The position numbers and the translations under genes are program-made. The notes under the pieces were generated by a model, which was given only the letters and a program-made list of their open reading frames with translations, was not told the origin of the DNA and made no database searches. A stretch of 64,000 bases of DNA from Chthonomonadales bacterium (GTDB lineage Bacteria > Armatimonadota > Chthonomonadetes > Chthonomonadales > CAJBBX01): the NCBI GenBank assembly GCA_013360745.1, contig JABWBA010000006.1, forward strand, positions 8,308-72,307, in the 5' to 3' direction. This document shows positions 44,977 to 53,674 of this stretch, in pieces. Numbering within the stretch: position 1 is the first letter of the stretch; every line of letters starts with the position of its first letter.

Positions 44977-46662
44977 ATGAAGCGCAAGATCCTGTTCGGT
45001 TGTATCATGCCGATCCTCTTGCTGATAGGCCTGGGCTATTGGGGCTATCGGCGCCTGGTCTCGAAGCCCGTATTGGAGCCGCGGCTGTCGACGGTTGATC
45101 GGGGAAACGTCGAGATCAAGGTGGTCGAGACGGGGACCATCGAGCCGTTGAAGAAGGTCGAGATCAAGTCGAAGGTGGCGGGCCGCCTTGCACGACTCTA
45201 CGTCGATGAAGGTGATCGTGTTACCGCCGGGCAGGTCCTGGCGGAAATCGACCCGACGGAGATCAACAGCCAGGTCGATCAGATTCGAGCGCAGGTGGAC
45301 GGAGCCCGGGCGCGCCTGGCCCAGACCGTCCGGGCCGTAGCCTATCAGAAGGAGCAGACCGACGCTGACGTCCGGCAGGCCGAGGAAGGAGTGCGGTCCG
45401 CCGAAGCGCGCCTGAGATCGGCTGAGCGGGACTACGCGACCCAGCCCGAGATCACGAGGACGGAGATCGCCCAGGCAGAGGCCTCTCTGGCATCGGCTCA
45501 GAAGAGTCTGGTCCTGCTTCAGGAATCGACACACCCACAGGCCCGGGTGCAGGCCCAGACCGGCCTGGACGAGGCTGTGGCCCTCGCCGCCCAGGCAGCG
45601 CGCAATCTGGCGCGCCAACGGAGCCTGCTGCAAAAGGGCTTCGTGTCAGAACAAACAGTCGATGCGGCTGCTTCGGAGGAAACGGCCGCCAGAGCCCGGT
45701 TGTCGCAGGCTAAAAAGCGGATGGAGCTGCTGGATGAACAGCAGCGAACCGAGGCCGCCGAAGCGAAAGCGCGTGTTGCTCAGGCGGAGGCCGCCCTGGC
45801 CCGTGCCCAGACGGGGCGGAGTCTCGTCGCCGCGCGTCAGGATGACGTCAAGAGCGCGCGAGCGGCGCTTCTTCAGGCGCGTGCGCGGCTGGATGCTGCT
45901 CGGTCCGGGCGAAGACAGGACAAGATGCGGGAGGACGAGGTCGCCCAGGCTCGATCTGCTGTGGAGCAGGTCCAGAATCAGCTCGACGAGATTCTGGTTC
46001 GACAACGGGATACGCGGCTGGTCGCAACGATGTCCGGGGTGGTCAGCAAGCGGTACGTCGAACAGGGCGAGTTGATCACCAGCGGCGTCAGCACCTTCTC
46101 CTCGGGGACACCGGTGCTCCAGGTGGCGGATCTATCCCGAATGCTGATCAAAGCCAGCGTCAACGAGGTCGACGTGCAGAAGGTTCGGCAGGGTCTGCCC
46201 GTGGAAATCCGGGTCGACGGCGTTCGTGGCGTCCGATACCGGGGCATAGTCAACAAGGTGTCGCCTTCGGCAATCGGCGCCGGTGATCCGAGTGGGCAGG
46301 GACAACGGGGCGAAGGTGCGGTGATCCGCTTTGCGGTGGAAATCGGCATGACGAATCCCGATCATCGGCTTCGCCCGGGGATGAGCGCGAGGAACTCCAT
46401 CATCGTGAGCCGCCGGAGGAATGTGCTGCGCCTGCCTGCCGATGCGGTGGAGGGTGACGGCGCCAACGGCGTGGTGCAGCTGGCTCACGTGACGAAGAAG
46501 GACGACAAGACAAGCGTCCAGTATACGCGAACCCGGATCACCGCGGGGCTGCGGGGTGACAGCTTCATCGAGATTGTGCGCGGACTCGAGGTCGGCGATA
46601 AGACGAAGCCCGGCGTATTCAAGGGTCCCAAACGAAAGGCGATCGAGCTGCGGTTCGAATAG
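44977..46662 (+). CDS. HlyD/MacA-type periplasmic adaptor of a tripartite efflux system
   Basis: 561 aa. N-terminal anchor ILFGCIMPILLLIGLGYWGY, barrel-sandwich motif GTIEPLKKVEIKSKVAGRL...EGDRVTAGQVLAEID, an unusually long Ala/Gln/Arg coiled-coil hairpin, then beta-barrel and MP domains. Confidence 0.85.
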   Translation: MKRKILFGCIMPILLLIGLGYWGYRRLVSKPVLEPRLSTVDRGNVEIKVVETGTIEPLKKVEIKSKVAGRLARLYVDEGDRVTAGQVLAEIDPTEINSQVDQIRAQVDGARARLAQTVRAVAYQKEQTDADVRQAEEGVRSAEARLRSAERDYATQPEITRTEIAQAEASLASAQKSLVLLQESTHPQARVQAQTGLDEAVALAAQAARNLARQRSLLQKGFVSEQTVDAAASEETAARARLSQAKKRMELLDEQQRTEAAEAKARVAQAEAALARAQTGRSLVAARQDDVKSARAALLQARARLDAARSGRRQDKMREDEVAQARSAVEQVQNQLDEILVRQRDTRLVATMSGVVSKRYVEQGELITSGVSTFSSGTPVLQVADLSRMLIKASVNEVDVQKVRQGLPVEIRVDGVRGVRYRGIVNKVSPSAIGAGDPSGQGQRGEGAVIRFAVEIGMTNPDHRLRPGMSARNSIIVSRRRNVLRLPADAVEGDGANGVVQLAHVTKKDDKTSVQYTRTRITAGLRGDSFIEIVRGLEVGDKTKPGVFKGPKRKAIELRFE

Positions 46663-46709
46663 GCAGGGTTCGGGCGGCGCTATGGCCGCCGTCCCAGGAG
46701 GTTCAGGGG

Positions 46710-47339
46710 ATGAACAACGAGATCCATCGTGTGCTGTCTCTGCTGGAGGAAGGCAAGATCAGCGCTCAAGAGGCAACCGAGCTAATCGCTGCTCTCGGAT
46801 CGGCGAAACAGACCATGGGGAGCGCGGGGAGCGACGAAGGCCCGGGTGCTGGGCGTAGCGGGTCCGCAGAGGGCAGTAGAGAAGGCGGCCCGGACATCAT
46901 TCAGATCATCGGGAGGGCCTTGCGCCGTATGGCCCGTCGTCAGACGCGTGCCACCTGGTGGCGGTACTACGCGTTCACCGATCAGCATTCGAGATCTCGC
47001 CTCGAGCGCGCGGCGACCATGACTCCCGCCGACCGGGTGCGGCGCGTCGCGACGGCGGTTGGCCTTGCCGATGCCGCCGAATGGACCTCGGAGGCCCTTC
47101 TGAGCGGGTTTGAGCTCGATGAGATGGCCCGGGGGCTGCTCCGGTACGCCATGGCGGACGAGTTTGGATGCCCGCTTACGGATGCCGAGGCGGGACGATG
47201 GATCACCGTGGGCGACATCGAGGCCTGGGCCGCTGATCACTCAACCCCGGCTTCCGAGTCCGAACAGCCTCCGGATCCTGCCGCAACCGGGGAGTCCGCA
47301 GCTGAAGCCGATGCCGTCGACGACGACAGCGGAGCCTGA
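46710..47339 (+). CDS. hypothetical protein: SHOCT-like N-terminal motif, basic middle, carrier-protein-like segment, acidic tail
   Basis: 209 aa. AGGAGG SD lies 8 nt upstream. Contains VLSLLEEGKISAQEATELIAAL. Later, RVRRVATAVGLADAAEWTSEALLSGFELDEMARGLL...EFGCPLTDAEAGRWITVGDIEAW aligns by eye with ACP helices, but GFELD replaces DSLD. Confidence 0.6.
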   Translation: MNNEIHRVLSLLEEGKISAQEATELIAALGSAKQTMGSAGSDEGPGAGRSGSAEGSREGGPDIIQIIGRALRRMARRQTRATWWRYYAFTDQHSRSRLERAATMTPADRVRRVATAVGLADAAEWTSEALLSGFELDEMARGLLRYAMADEFGCPLTDAEAGRWITVGDIEAWAADHSTPASESEQPPDPAATGESAAEADAVDDDSGA

Positions 47340-47348
47340 ACCGGCTGC

Positions 47349-48587
47349 ATGACCATTCTCCATTGTCTCGCAACCGCTCTCGGCAACCTCCGCGCGAACA
47401 AGATGCGGAGCGCGCTGACGATGCTCGGCGTGATCATCGGTGTCAGCGCCGTGATCATCATGGTGAGCATCGTCGAGGGAGCGCGCGCGAAGATCGTGGA
47501 GGAGTTTGAGCGGCTCGGATCGAGTCTGATCATCATCGCCTACGATCCGCACAAGGCGGAGGAGGCTCGTTCGACGCGGCGCTTGCCTGGTCTCACGATG
47601 GACGATGTCCAGCGGATTCAGGTGGAGTGCGATCTCGTCTCGGGGCTCTCAGCGGAGCTGCCCGTCCCGGATTCGATGACCATCCGATATCTCGATGCGG
47701 AGACGCCGGCGTCGCTTGTGGGCGTACAGCCCGATTATGCTCTTCTCAGGAATGTTGACGTTGCGGAGGGGCGCTTCCTATCGGAGGAGGATGTCACGAG
47801 CTGGGCCAAGGTATGTGTGATCGGATCCGAAATCAAGGGAAAGCTGTTTGGCCGGCGCCCTGCGATCGGAAACGAGATCGATATTCAGGGCGTCACCGCG
47901 ACGGTGGTGGGAGTCCTGGCTCGGAAGGGGCGGAGCGGCGAAGGCAACACCGACAAGACCGTGCTCGCGCCGATCACGACGATCCAGAAGCGTTTCATCG
48001 GCAGGGAGATCGTCGGCATGATCTGGGCCAAGCCGGTCTCCAGTGAGCGGGTTGGTCAGGCTATGGATCAGATATGGGAGTGTTTGATGCGCGCCCACGA
48101 TAACATACCGGGCTTCGAGGTGGACAGTCTGGAGAACATCCAGAACGCCATCGGCCGGATCCTGAGCATCTTTGGCCTGGTCCTTGGCGGAATCGCCGGG
48201 CTCGCGCTTCTCGTGGGCGGCATCGGCATTATGAACATCATGCTCGTCTCGGTGACCGAACGGACGAAGGAGATCGGCCTTCGGAAAGCCGTGGGAGCGC
48301 GCCGACGGGATATCCTGGCCCAGTTCCTCATCGAATCCGCGACGGTGTCGGGTACGGGCGGGCTCATCGGCATCGGGCTCGGCGCCGGCGTCGCCCATGC
48401 CGCCTCCTTTATCTCAAAACAGGTGATGAAGGGTGGGATCGGAGGGCGCGGGATCCCGGCTTACCTCCCGATGTGGTCGATCCTCGGTGCGTTCCTGTTC
48501 TCCGCGAGCGTCGGGGTGTTCTTCGGCCTCTACCCGGCCATTCGCGCCGCCCGGCTCGACCCGATCGAGGCGCTTCGGCACGAGTAG
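47349..48587 (+). CDS. MacB/LolC-type ABC transporter permease (FtsX domain + periplasmic MacB_PCD), no fused ATPase
   Basis: 412 aa. Contains LRANKMRSALTMLGVIIGVSAVIIMVS, a large periplasmic loop, and the C-terminal FtsX motif VSVTERTKEIGLRKAVGARRRDIL. No Walker motifs. Confidence 0.88.
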   Translation: MTILHCLATALGNLRANKMRSALTMLGVIIGVSAVIIMVSIVEGARAKIVEEFERLGSSLIIIAYDPHKAEEARSTRRLPGLTMDDVQRIQVECDLVSGLSAELPVPDSMTIRYLDAETPASLVGVQPDYALLRNVDVAEGRFLSEEDVTSWAKVCVIGSEIKGKLFGRRPAIGNEIDIQGVTATVVGVLARKGRSGEGNTDKTVLAPITTIQKRFIGREIVGMIWAKPVSSERVGQAMDQIWECLMRAHDNIPGFEVDSLENIQNAIGRILSIFGLVLGGIAGLALLVGGIGIMNIMLVSVTERTKEIGLRKAVGARRRDILAQFLIESATVSGTGGLIGIGLGAGVAHAASFISKQVMKGGIGGRGIPAYLPMWSILGAFLFSASVGVFFGLYPAIRAARLDPIEALRHE

Positions 48588-48593
48588 TATAAT
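48588..48593 (+). promoter_or_regulatory. perfect TATAAT -10 box positioned for a leaderless smpB transcript
   Basis: TATAAT at 48588-48593 sits directly after the permease stop (TAG 48585-48587). The smpB ATG begins at 48600, 7 nt after the -10 box. No SD lies between them and the -35 element is weak. Confidence 0.4.
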
Positions 48594-48599
48594 GGGCTC

Positions 48600-49085
48600 A
48601 TGAAGAAGCAGCAGGCCCAACCGGCGGACGGACGTCGGATCGTGATCCAGAACCGCAAGGCGCGTCACGACTACCATATCGTTGAGACGTGCGAGGCGGG
48701 GCTCGTCCTTGTCGGCGCCGAGGTTAAGTCGCTCCGAGCAGGCGGGGCGAATCTGCAGGACGCCTTTGCGAAGATCGACGAAGGCGAGGCATGGCTTCAT
48801 AACATGTACATCGCTCCGTTCGAACAGGGCTCGCGATGGAACCCCGAACCCCGACGGCCCCGGAAGCTCCTGCTGCATCGGGCCGAGATCGCACGCCTGA
48901 TAAGCCGTGTCGAACGGAAAGGCTATACCCTCATCCCCCTGTCGATCTACTTCAAGAACGGCTTTGCCAAGGTGGATCTTGGCGTAGGGATGGGCAAGCG
49001 CCAGTACGACAAGCGGGAGGCCATCGCACGGCGGGATACCGACCGGGATGCGGAACGAGAGCTCGGGGCGCGTCGGGCGCGCTGA
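48600..49085 (+). CDS. smpB: SsrA-binding protein
   Basis: 161 aa. Contains IQNRKARHDYHIVETCEAGLVLVGAEVKSLR, and NMYIAPFEQGSRWNPEPRRPRKLLLHRAEI. Confidence 0.95.
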   Translation: MKKQQAQPADGRRIVIQNRKARHDYHIVETCEAGLVLVGAEVKSLRAGGANLQDAFAKIDEGEAWLHNMYIAPFEQGSRWNPEPRRPRKLLLHRAEIARLISRVERKGYTLIPLSIYFKNGFAKVDLGVGMGKRQYDKREAIARRDTDRDAERELGARRAR

Positions 49086-49120
49086 CCCGACGGATCGATC
49101 CGGGCTATCGATCGCTCGGG
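49086..49120 (+). terminator. hairpin immediately after the smpB stop
   Basis: CCCGACGGATCGAT (49086-49099) pairs with ATCGATCGCTCGGG (49107-49120): 7 bp + 5 bp with a 2-nt internal mismatch and a 7-nt loop. No U-tract. Confidence 0.35.
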
Positions 49121-49131
49121 TGAGATAAACG

Positions 49132-49920
49132 ATGGGAAGCGCTTTTTTTGGTGTGCCGTTGGCGGCTCTGGCGCTGATTGTCGCCGCGCTGCCACTCGTC
49201 AAACTGATCCACCTTGCGATCGACGGGCAGATCGACGCCGGCCTGGTCGCCATAGGCGGCTTAATGTATCTCGCGCTGATCGCAGGAGTGATCGTGGGGC
49301 CGGCGCCGGTGAAGGTGTGCGGCGTCGGCCTGATCGTTCTCTCCGCGGTGTTCTTTTTTCTGTATAGTCAGGGGTCGGCGCAAGCCGGAAATCGGGTCAT
49401 CGACGATAGTCGCTTCGATGCATACGCCCGAGCCGTGGAGCGGAATCCGGAGGATCCGGTCGCCCGAATCGCGCTCGCAGAGGAGCTCGAGAAGCGGGGC
49501 GATGTGGAACAGGCCATTCAGCATCTGGAGTGGGTCCTGAGTCAGCATCCCAGGCTGGGGGCAAGGCATCAGGTGACGCTCGACATGTGGCGACGTCAGC
49601 TCGCGCGTCAGGGCCAACCGTCCTCGTTCTTCTGTCATCGCTGCCGCGCGGAGCAACCCCCTGGGGCCGATCGGTGCAGCGAGTGCGGGGTTGCGTTCGG
49701 CACCGCGGTCGCGATGCGGGAACGGATTGCACAGGACGGCGGCCCGATCGTCATCCTGAGAGCATGGATCATCGGCGTGCCTGCGGCTCTGCTGGCAGTG
49801 TTTGCGCTCATGGAGCTTCCGAGCATCGTGGCGGGGCCGATCATCCTCGGGACAGCGGTCGTAGCGGGGTGGCTGTTTCTCCGGTGGGTCGGCGGCGACA
49901 TGGGCCACGACACCGACTGA
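49132..49920 (+). CDS. membrane protein with cytoplasmic TPR-like helix pair and zinc ribbon (hypothetical)
   Basis: 262 aa. TM segments at both ends. The middle region ARAVERNPEDPVARIALAEELEKRGDVEQAIQHLEWVL is TPR-like, and CHRC...CSEC is a zinc ribbon. Confidence 0.55.
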   Translation: MGSAFFGVPLAALALIVAALPLVKLIHLAIDGQIDAGLVAIGGLMYLALIAGVIVGPAPVKVCGVGLIVLSAVFFFLYSQGSAQAGNRVIDDSRFDAYARAVERNPEDPVARIALAEELEKRGDVEQAIQHLEWVLSQHPRLGARHQVTLDMWRRQLARQGQPSSFFCHRCRAEQPPGADRCSECGVAFGTAVAMRERIAQDGGPIVILRAWIIGVPAALLAVFALMELPSIVAGPIILGTAVVAGWLFLRWVGGDMGHDTD

Positions 49921-49978
49921 GCTCATACGATCGCTTTGGATCGTGAAGGCCGGGGTGAGCCGGCGGATGAACTTCAGG

Positions 49979-50302
49979 CTACGGTGAGTCGTCGTTGTGC
50001 GGGATGCGCCGAAGAGTGGACAAGGCCTTGCGCATGCTGCGGATCTCGGCCTCGGTAATCGGACCTAAGCCCGCAAACCGCTGCTCTTCCTCCGCTGTCA
50101 TCTCCGGCTCCGTCCAGTTGAGCGAACGGGGGTTCCACTCCTCGATCGGTATGTACCGCTCGCCCAGTTTCCTGCAATGATGGCAGCGATAGCGCAGATA
50201 GACGTAGGCGTCTCCGCGTGTCCGCATAAAGGAGCTTCGATGCACGATATCTCGGCTGACAATCCTGCATCCGCAACGGCACGTGATCGGCGGCTTCTTC
50301 AC
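49979..50302 (-). CDS. small Cys-rich (zinc-ribbon-like) protein (hypothetical)
   Basis: 107 aa. CRCGC...CHHC cysteine pairs. Co-directional with and 95 nt downstream of pdhC. Confidence 0.45.
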   Translation of the reverse strand: MKKPPITCRCGCRIVSRDIVHRSSFMRTRGDAYVYLRYRCHHCRKLGERYIPIEEWNPRSLNWTEPEMTAEEEQRFAGLGPITEAEIRSMRKALSTLRRIPHNDDSP

Positions 50303-50397
50303 GTCCTACCCTCCAGAATATGACCGCGGACAAGGCGGCCAACGATACATTGTACCCATTGCGCCTCGTCACTCATACGCGACTAATCGAAGCGCGA

Positions 50398-51618
50398 CTA
50401 CGTCGTAAGCAACGCCACCGGATGTTCGAGAAGGCCTTTCAGTGTCTGCAGGAACCTCGCGCCGAGCAGCCCATCGACGGCTCGATGGTCGCACGACAGG
50501 GTCAGCCGCATCCGTTTCCGTACGACCAGGCTGCCGTGCTCGCCTGGCTGCACTTCCGGCGTGATCGCCCCCACGGCAAGGATCGCGGCTTCCGGCGGGC
50601 TGATGATCGCGGCGAACTCCTCGATGCCGAACATGCCGAGATTGCTCACCGTGAAGGTGGCGCCCGACATCTCCTGCGGTGTCAGCTCGCCTCTGCGCGT
50701 TCGTCCGACCAGCGTTCGAGCCGCATCGGAGAGGTCGCGCAGGCTGCGATCAGCGCAATCCGTGATGACCGGGATCCGCAGCCCTTCGTCGGTTCCGACG
50801 GCAATGCCGATGTTGATCGCCGCGTGCTGTCGCAGGGTCTCTCCCTCCGTATAGGACACGTTTACGTCCGGGTGGATCGCGAGCGCGGCGGCACAGGCTT
50901 TGACGACGAGATCGTTGACCGTGATCTTTCGATCGGGCGCCTGAGCGTTGAGCTGGTCGAGCGTATCGACCGCACGATCCATATCCACCGGGATCACGAG
51001 ATAAAAATGGGGCGCGGTCTGTTTGCTCAACACCGTCCGGCGCGCGATCGCCTTGCGCATCCGACTGAGAGGGATATCGACAGCCGTCTGCTCCGCTCGG
51101 ACCGAGGGTTTCGCAGTTCCCTCCGTTGGCTGGGCAGCCGCGAACGCGGCAACATCCTTCCCGACGATCCGTCCGACGCCCCCACCCGTACCCCGTATCT
51201 TGCCGAGGTCGACCCCGAGTCGCCGAGCCATGCTCCGCGCCAGGGGTGTGGCCCGGATACGCCCGCCATCGGCGGCTGAAACGGTCGTTGGCGCGGCCTC
51301 CGCCTCCGGCGCGGCAGAACCCGTCTCCGTCGGCGTCGCGGGCGCGCGTTCAGGTTGCGGAGCGGACGGAGGCGCTTCGTCGGGCACGGCCCCGATATAG
51401 GCGATGACCGAGCCGATCGCCAGCGTCTCGCCTTCGGCGGCGACGATCCGGGTGAGGGGTCCGGCCTCTTCGGCGGGGATCTCGACGTTGGCCTTGTCGG
51501 TTTCGATCTCAGCGATCGATTCGTCGACGGCCACCATATCGCCCTCGCGCTTGAGCCATCGGAGGATCGTGCCTTCCTCCATGCCGTCGCCCATTTTGGG
51601 CATGCGTACCTCTGCCAT
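50398..51618 (-). CDS. pdhC: dihydrolipoamide acetyltransferase (E2) of a pyruvate/acetoin dehydrogenase complex
   Basis: 406 aa. Lipoyl domain IAEIETDKANVEIPA, Ala/Pro linkers, E1/E3-binding domain ATPLARSMARRLGVDL, catalytic SCDHRAVDG. AGGAGA SD. Confidence 0.92.
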   Translation of the reverse strand: MAEVRMPKMGDGMEEGTILRWLKREGDMVAVDESIAEIETDKANVEIPAEEAGPLTRIVAAEGETLAIGSVIAYIGAVPDEAPPSAPQPERAPATPTETGSAAPEAEAAPTTVSAADGGRIRATPLARSMARRLGVDLGKIRGTGGGVGRIVGKDVAAFAAAQPTEGTAKPSVRAEQTAVDIPLSRMRKAIARRTVLSKQTAPHFYLVIPVDMDRAVDTLDQLNAQAPDRKITVNDLVVKACAAALAIHPDVNVSYTEGETLRQHAAINIGIAVGTDEGLRIPVITDCADRSLRDLSDAARTLVGRTRRGELTPQEMSGATFTVSNLGMFGIEEFAAIISPPEAAILAVGAITPEVQPGEHGSLVVRKRMRLTLSCDHRAVDGLLGARFLQTLKGLLEHPVALLTT

Positions 51619-51669
51619 GGTGGTCTCCTGGTGTTCGTCCGGTTGGTCCGTGATTGCTGGCGGCGGGCT

Positions 51670-52647
51670 CTACCGCGTTACCTGTCGGACGGCCTCGATG
51701 ATGTGGTCCTCGTTGGGAATCGCGGCTCGCTCGAGCTCCCGAGCGTAGGGCATCGGGACGTCGGCGCCCCCGACCCGCAGGATCGGTGCGTCGAGCTCGT
51801 CGAAGGCTTCGTCCGCAAGACGGGCGGCGATCTCGGCCGCGATGCCGACGTTGCGCCACTCCTCCTGTGTGACGACGACCCGGTGGGTCCGCGCGACCGA
51901 GGAGAGGATCGTCTCCATGTCGAGCGGCGTCAGAGTCCGGAGGTCGATCACCTCGCAGGAGATCCCCTCCGACTCAAGCGCTTCGGCCGCCGTCAGGCAT
52001 TTTCGCACCATGAGCGAATACCCGATGATGGTCACATCGGTACCGGGCTTGCGGATGACGGCCTCGCCGAAGGGGACGGTGAAGTCCGGATCCTCGGGCA
52101 CCTCGCCCCGGTTGGCGTAGAGGCCCGCGTGCTCCATGAAGATGACCGGGCTGTCGTCCCGGATGGCCGTCTTGAGCAATCCCTTGGCGTCTGCCGGGGT
52201 ATAGGGGAGGACCACCTTCAAGCCCGGTGTATGGGCGTACCACGACTCCAGGCTCTGGGAATGCTGCGCCGAGAGCTGATTGCCCGTCCCCGCAGGGCCT
52301 CGAAAGACCGCGGGGCAGGTGATCCGACCGCTGGACATGTACGTGATCTTGGCTGCATGGTTGATGATCTGGTCCATCGCCGATAGAGCGAACGACCAGG
52401 TCATGAACTCCGCGATCGGTCGAAGGCCCGCCATGGCGGCCCCCGTTGCCAGACCGGCGATGCCGATCTCGGAAATGGGGGTATCGACTACCCGCATCGG
52501 CCCGAACCTCTCCATCAGCCCTTCGGTAACCCGGAAGGTCCCCTGATACTGGCCCACCTCTTCACCGCAAATGAACACATCGGGGTCCCGTTCCATCTCC
52601 TCGGCCATGGCCATGCGGAGCGCTTCGCTGTATCGCATCAATGCCAC
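51670..52647 (-). CDS. pdhB: 2-oxoacid dehydrogenase E1 component beta subunit
   Basis: 325 aa with a GTG start. Contains FICGEEVGQYQGTFRVTEGL and RVVDTPISEIGIAGLATGAAMAGLRP. Confidence 0.92.
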   Translation of the reverse strand: MALMRYSEALRMAMAEEMERDPDVFICGEEVGQYQGTFRVTEGLMERFGPMRVVDTPISEIGIAGLATGAAMAGLRPIAEFMTWSFALSAMDQIINHAAKITYMSSGRITCPAVFRGPAGTGNQLSAQHSQSLESWYAHTPGLKVVLPYTPADAKGLLKTAIRDDSPVIFMEHAGLYANRGEVPEDPDFTVPFGEAVIRKPGTDVTIIGYSLMVRKCLTAAEALESEGISCEVIDLRTLTPLDMETILSSVARTHRVVVTQEEWRNVGIAAEIAARLADEAFDELDAPILRVGGADVPMPYARELERAAIPNEDHIIEAVRQVTR

Positions 52648-52654
52648 AGTCGGA

Positions 52655-53674
52655 TCATCCTTTCGCGAACACGTGCTCGTACAGCGTATCGGGCAGCGGT
52701 GCAGGGCTCGATTCGGCGAACTCGATCGCTGCGGTAATCTGATCGGCGATCGTTCGTTCCATGGCCTCGATGCGCTCGGTATCCAGGTCGCCGGAGCCGA
52801 GAAGGTGGTTCTTCAGCGCCTCAACGGGATCTCGGGACTTCCATTCCTCGATCTCCTCTGTGGAACGATAAAACTGCTGCTGCTGGGCGTTGTCGGCCAC
52901 CCCATGCCCGACGAAACGGTAGCAGGTCATCTCCATGAAGATCGGGGCGCCTGTTCTCCGGATCTCCTCCAGCGCCGTTTCGGCCTGCTCCAACACGGCT
53001 ATGGGGTCCATTCCGTCGACACGACGCGCATCCACGCCATGCGCCCGGGCCTTGAGGAGCATGTCCGGCTGGGCGGTCGATCGATGGACGGCGGTGCCCA
53101 TCGCGTATCCGTTGTTCTCGAGGATGAAGAGAATCGGAAGGCTGTACAGGCCGGCCATGTTGAGGGCCTCGTGGACGCCGCCCTGGTTCATCGCGCCATC
53201 GCCGAAGTAGCAGACGCAGATGCGCTGTTCGGCTCGGTACTTCAGCGCGAAGCCCACCCCGACCGACACGGGCACCGGGCCTCCGACGATGCCATCGCCG
53301 CCGAGGAAGCCTCGGGACGGATCGATCAGGTGCATCGACCCCCCCTTGCCTCCCGCGCATCCTGTCGCGCGACCCATCAGCTCGGCCATGATCTCGCCCG
53401 GCGGAGTTCCGACGGCGAGCGCATGCGCGTGATCTCTGTAGGTGCTCAGAACCAGGTCGCCCGGCTCCAGGAGCGGCACGACACCGGCTACCAGGGCCTC
53501 CTGGCCGTCATACCGATGGAGATAGCCTCCGATCTTGCCTTCACGGTACTTCCGGTACAGGCTCTCCTCGAACCGGCGGATCAAGAGCATGAGCTCATAC
53601 ATGCGGGGAAGATCAAAGGCGCGGCTGCGTACCTCCGGTTCGTTCGGCGGAACCGCCACCGCTTGCTGCGTCAA
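52655..53674 (-). CDS. pdhA: 2-oxoacid dehydrogenase E1 component alpha subunit (TPP-dependent)
   Basis: Same frame as ORF 52655..53977. I moved the start to TTG 53674, which follows GAGGAGG 9 nt upstream and overlaps the mfd stop (TTGA). Contains MLLIRRFEE, GGYLHRYDGQEA, GKGGSMH, and GDGAMNQG (TPP motif). Confidence 0.88.
   Translation of the reverse strand: MTQQAVAVPPNEPEVRSRAFDLPRMYELMLLIRRFEESLYRKYREGKIGGYLHRYDGQEALVAGVVPLLEPGDLVLSTYRDHAHALAVGTPPGEIMAELMGRATGCAGGKGGSMHLIDPSRGFLGGDGIVGGPVPVSVGVGFALKYRAEQRICVCYFGDGAMNQGGVHEALNMAGLYSLPILFILENNGYAMGTAVHRSTAQPDMLLKARAHGVDARRVDGMDPIAVLEQAETALEEIRRTGAPIFMEMTCYRFVGHGVADNAQQQQFYRSTEEIEEWKSRDPVEALKNHLLGSGDLDTERIEAMERTIADQITAAIEFAESSPAPLPDTLYEHVFAKG

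Noticed and set aside
44779-45633. 284-aa minus-strand ORF opposite the 5' half of the MacA-like gene.
   Set aside because: The plus-strand adaptor has clear HlyD-family motifs. The antisense translation has none.
46630-46670. GGTTCGAAT T-loop-like string at the end of the MacA-like gene (possible tRNA or tmRNA fragment near smpB).
   Set aside because: The flanking bases do not form a 5-bp T stem or an acceptor stem, and the string lies inside a well-supported coding frame. I saw no tmRNA-like 5' GGGG...or 3' tRNA-Ala-like end anywhere near smpB.
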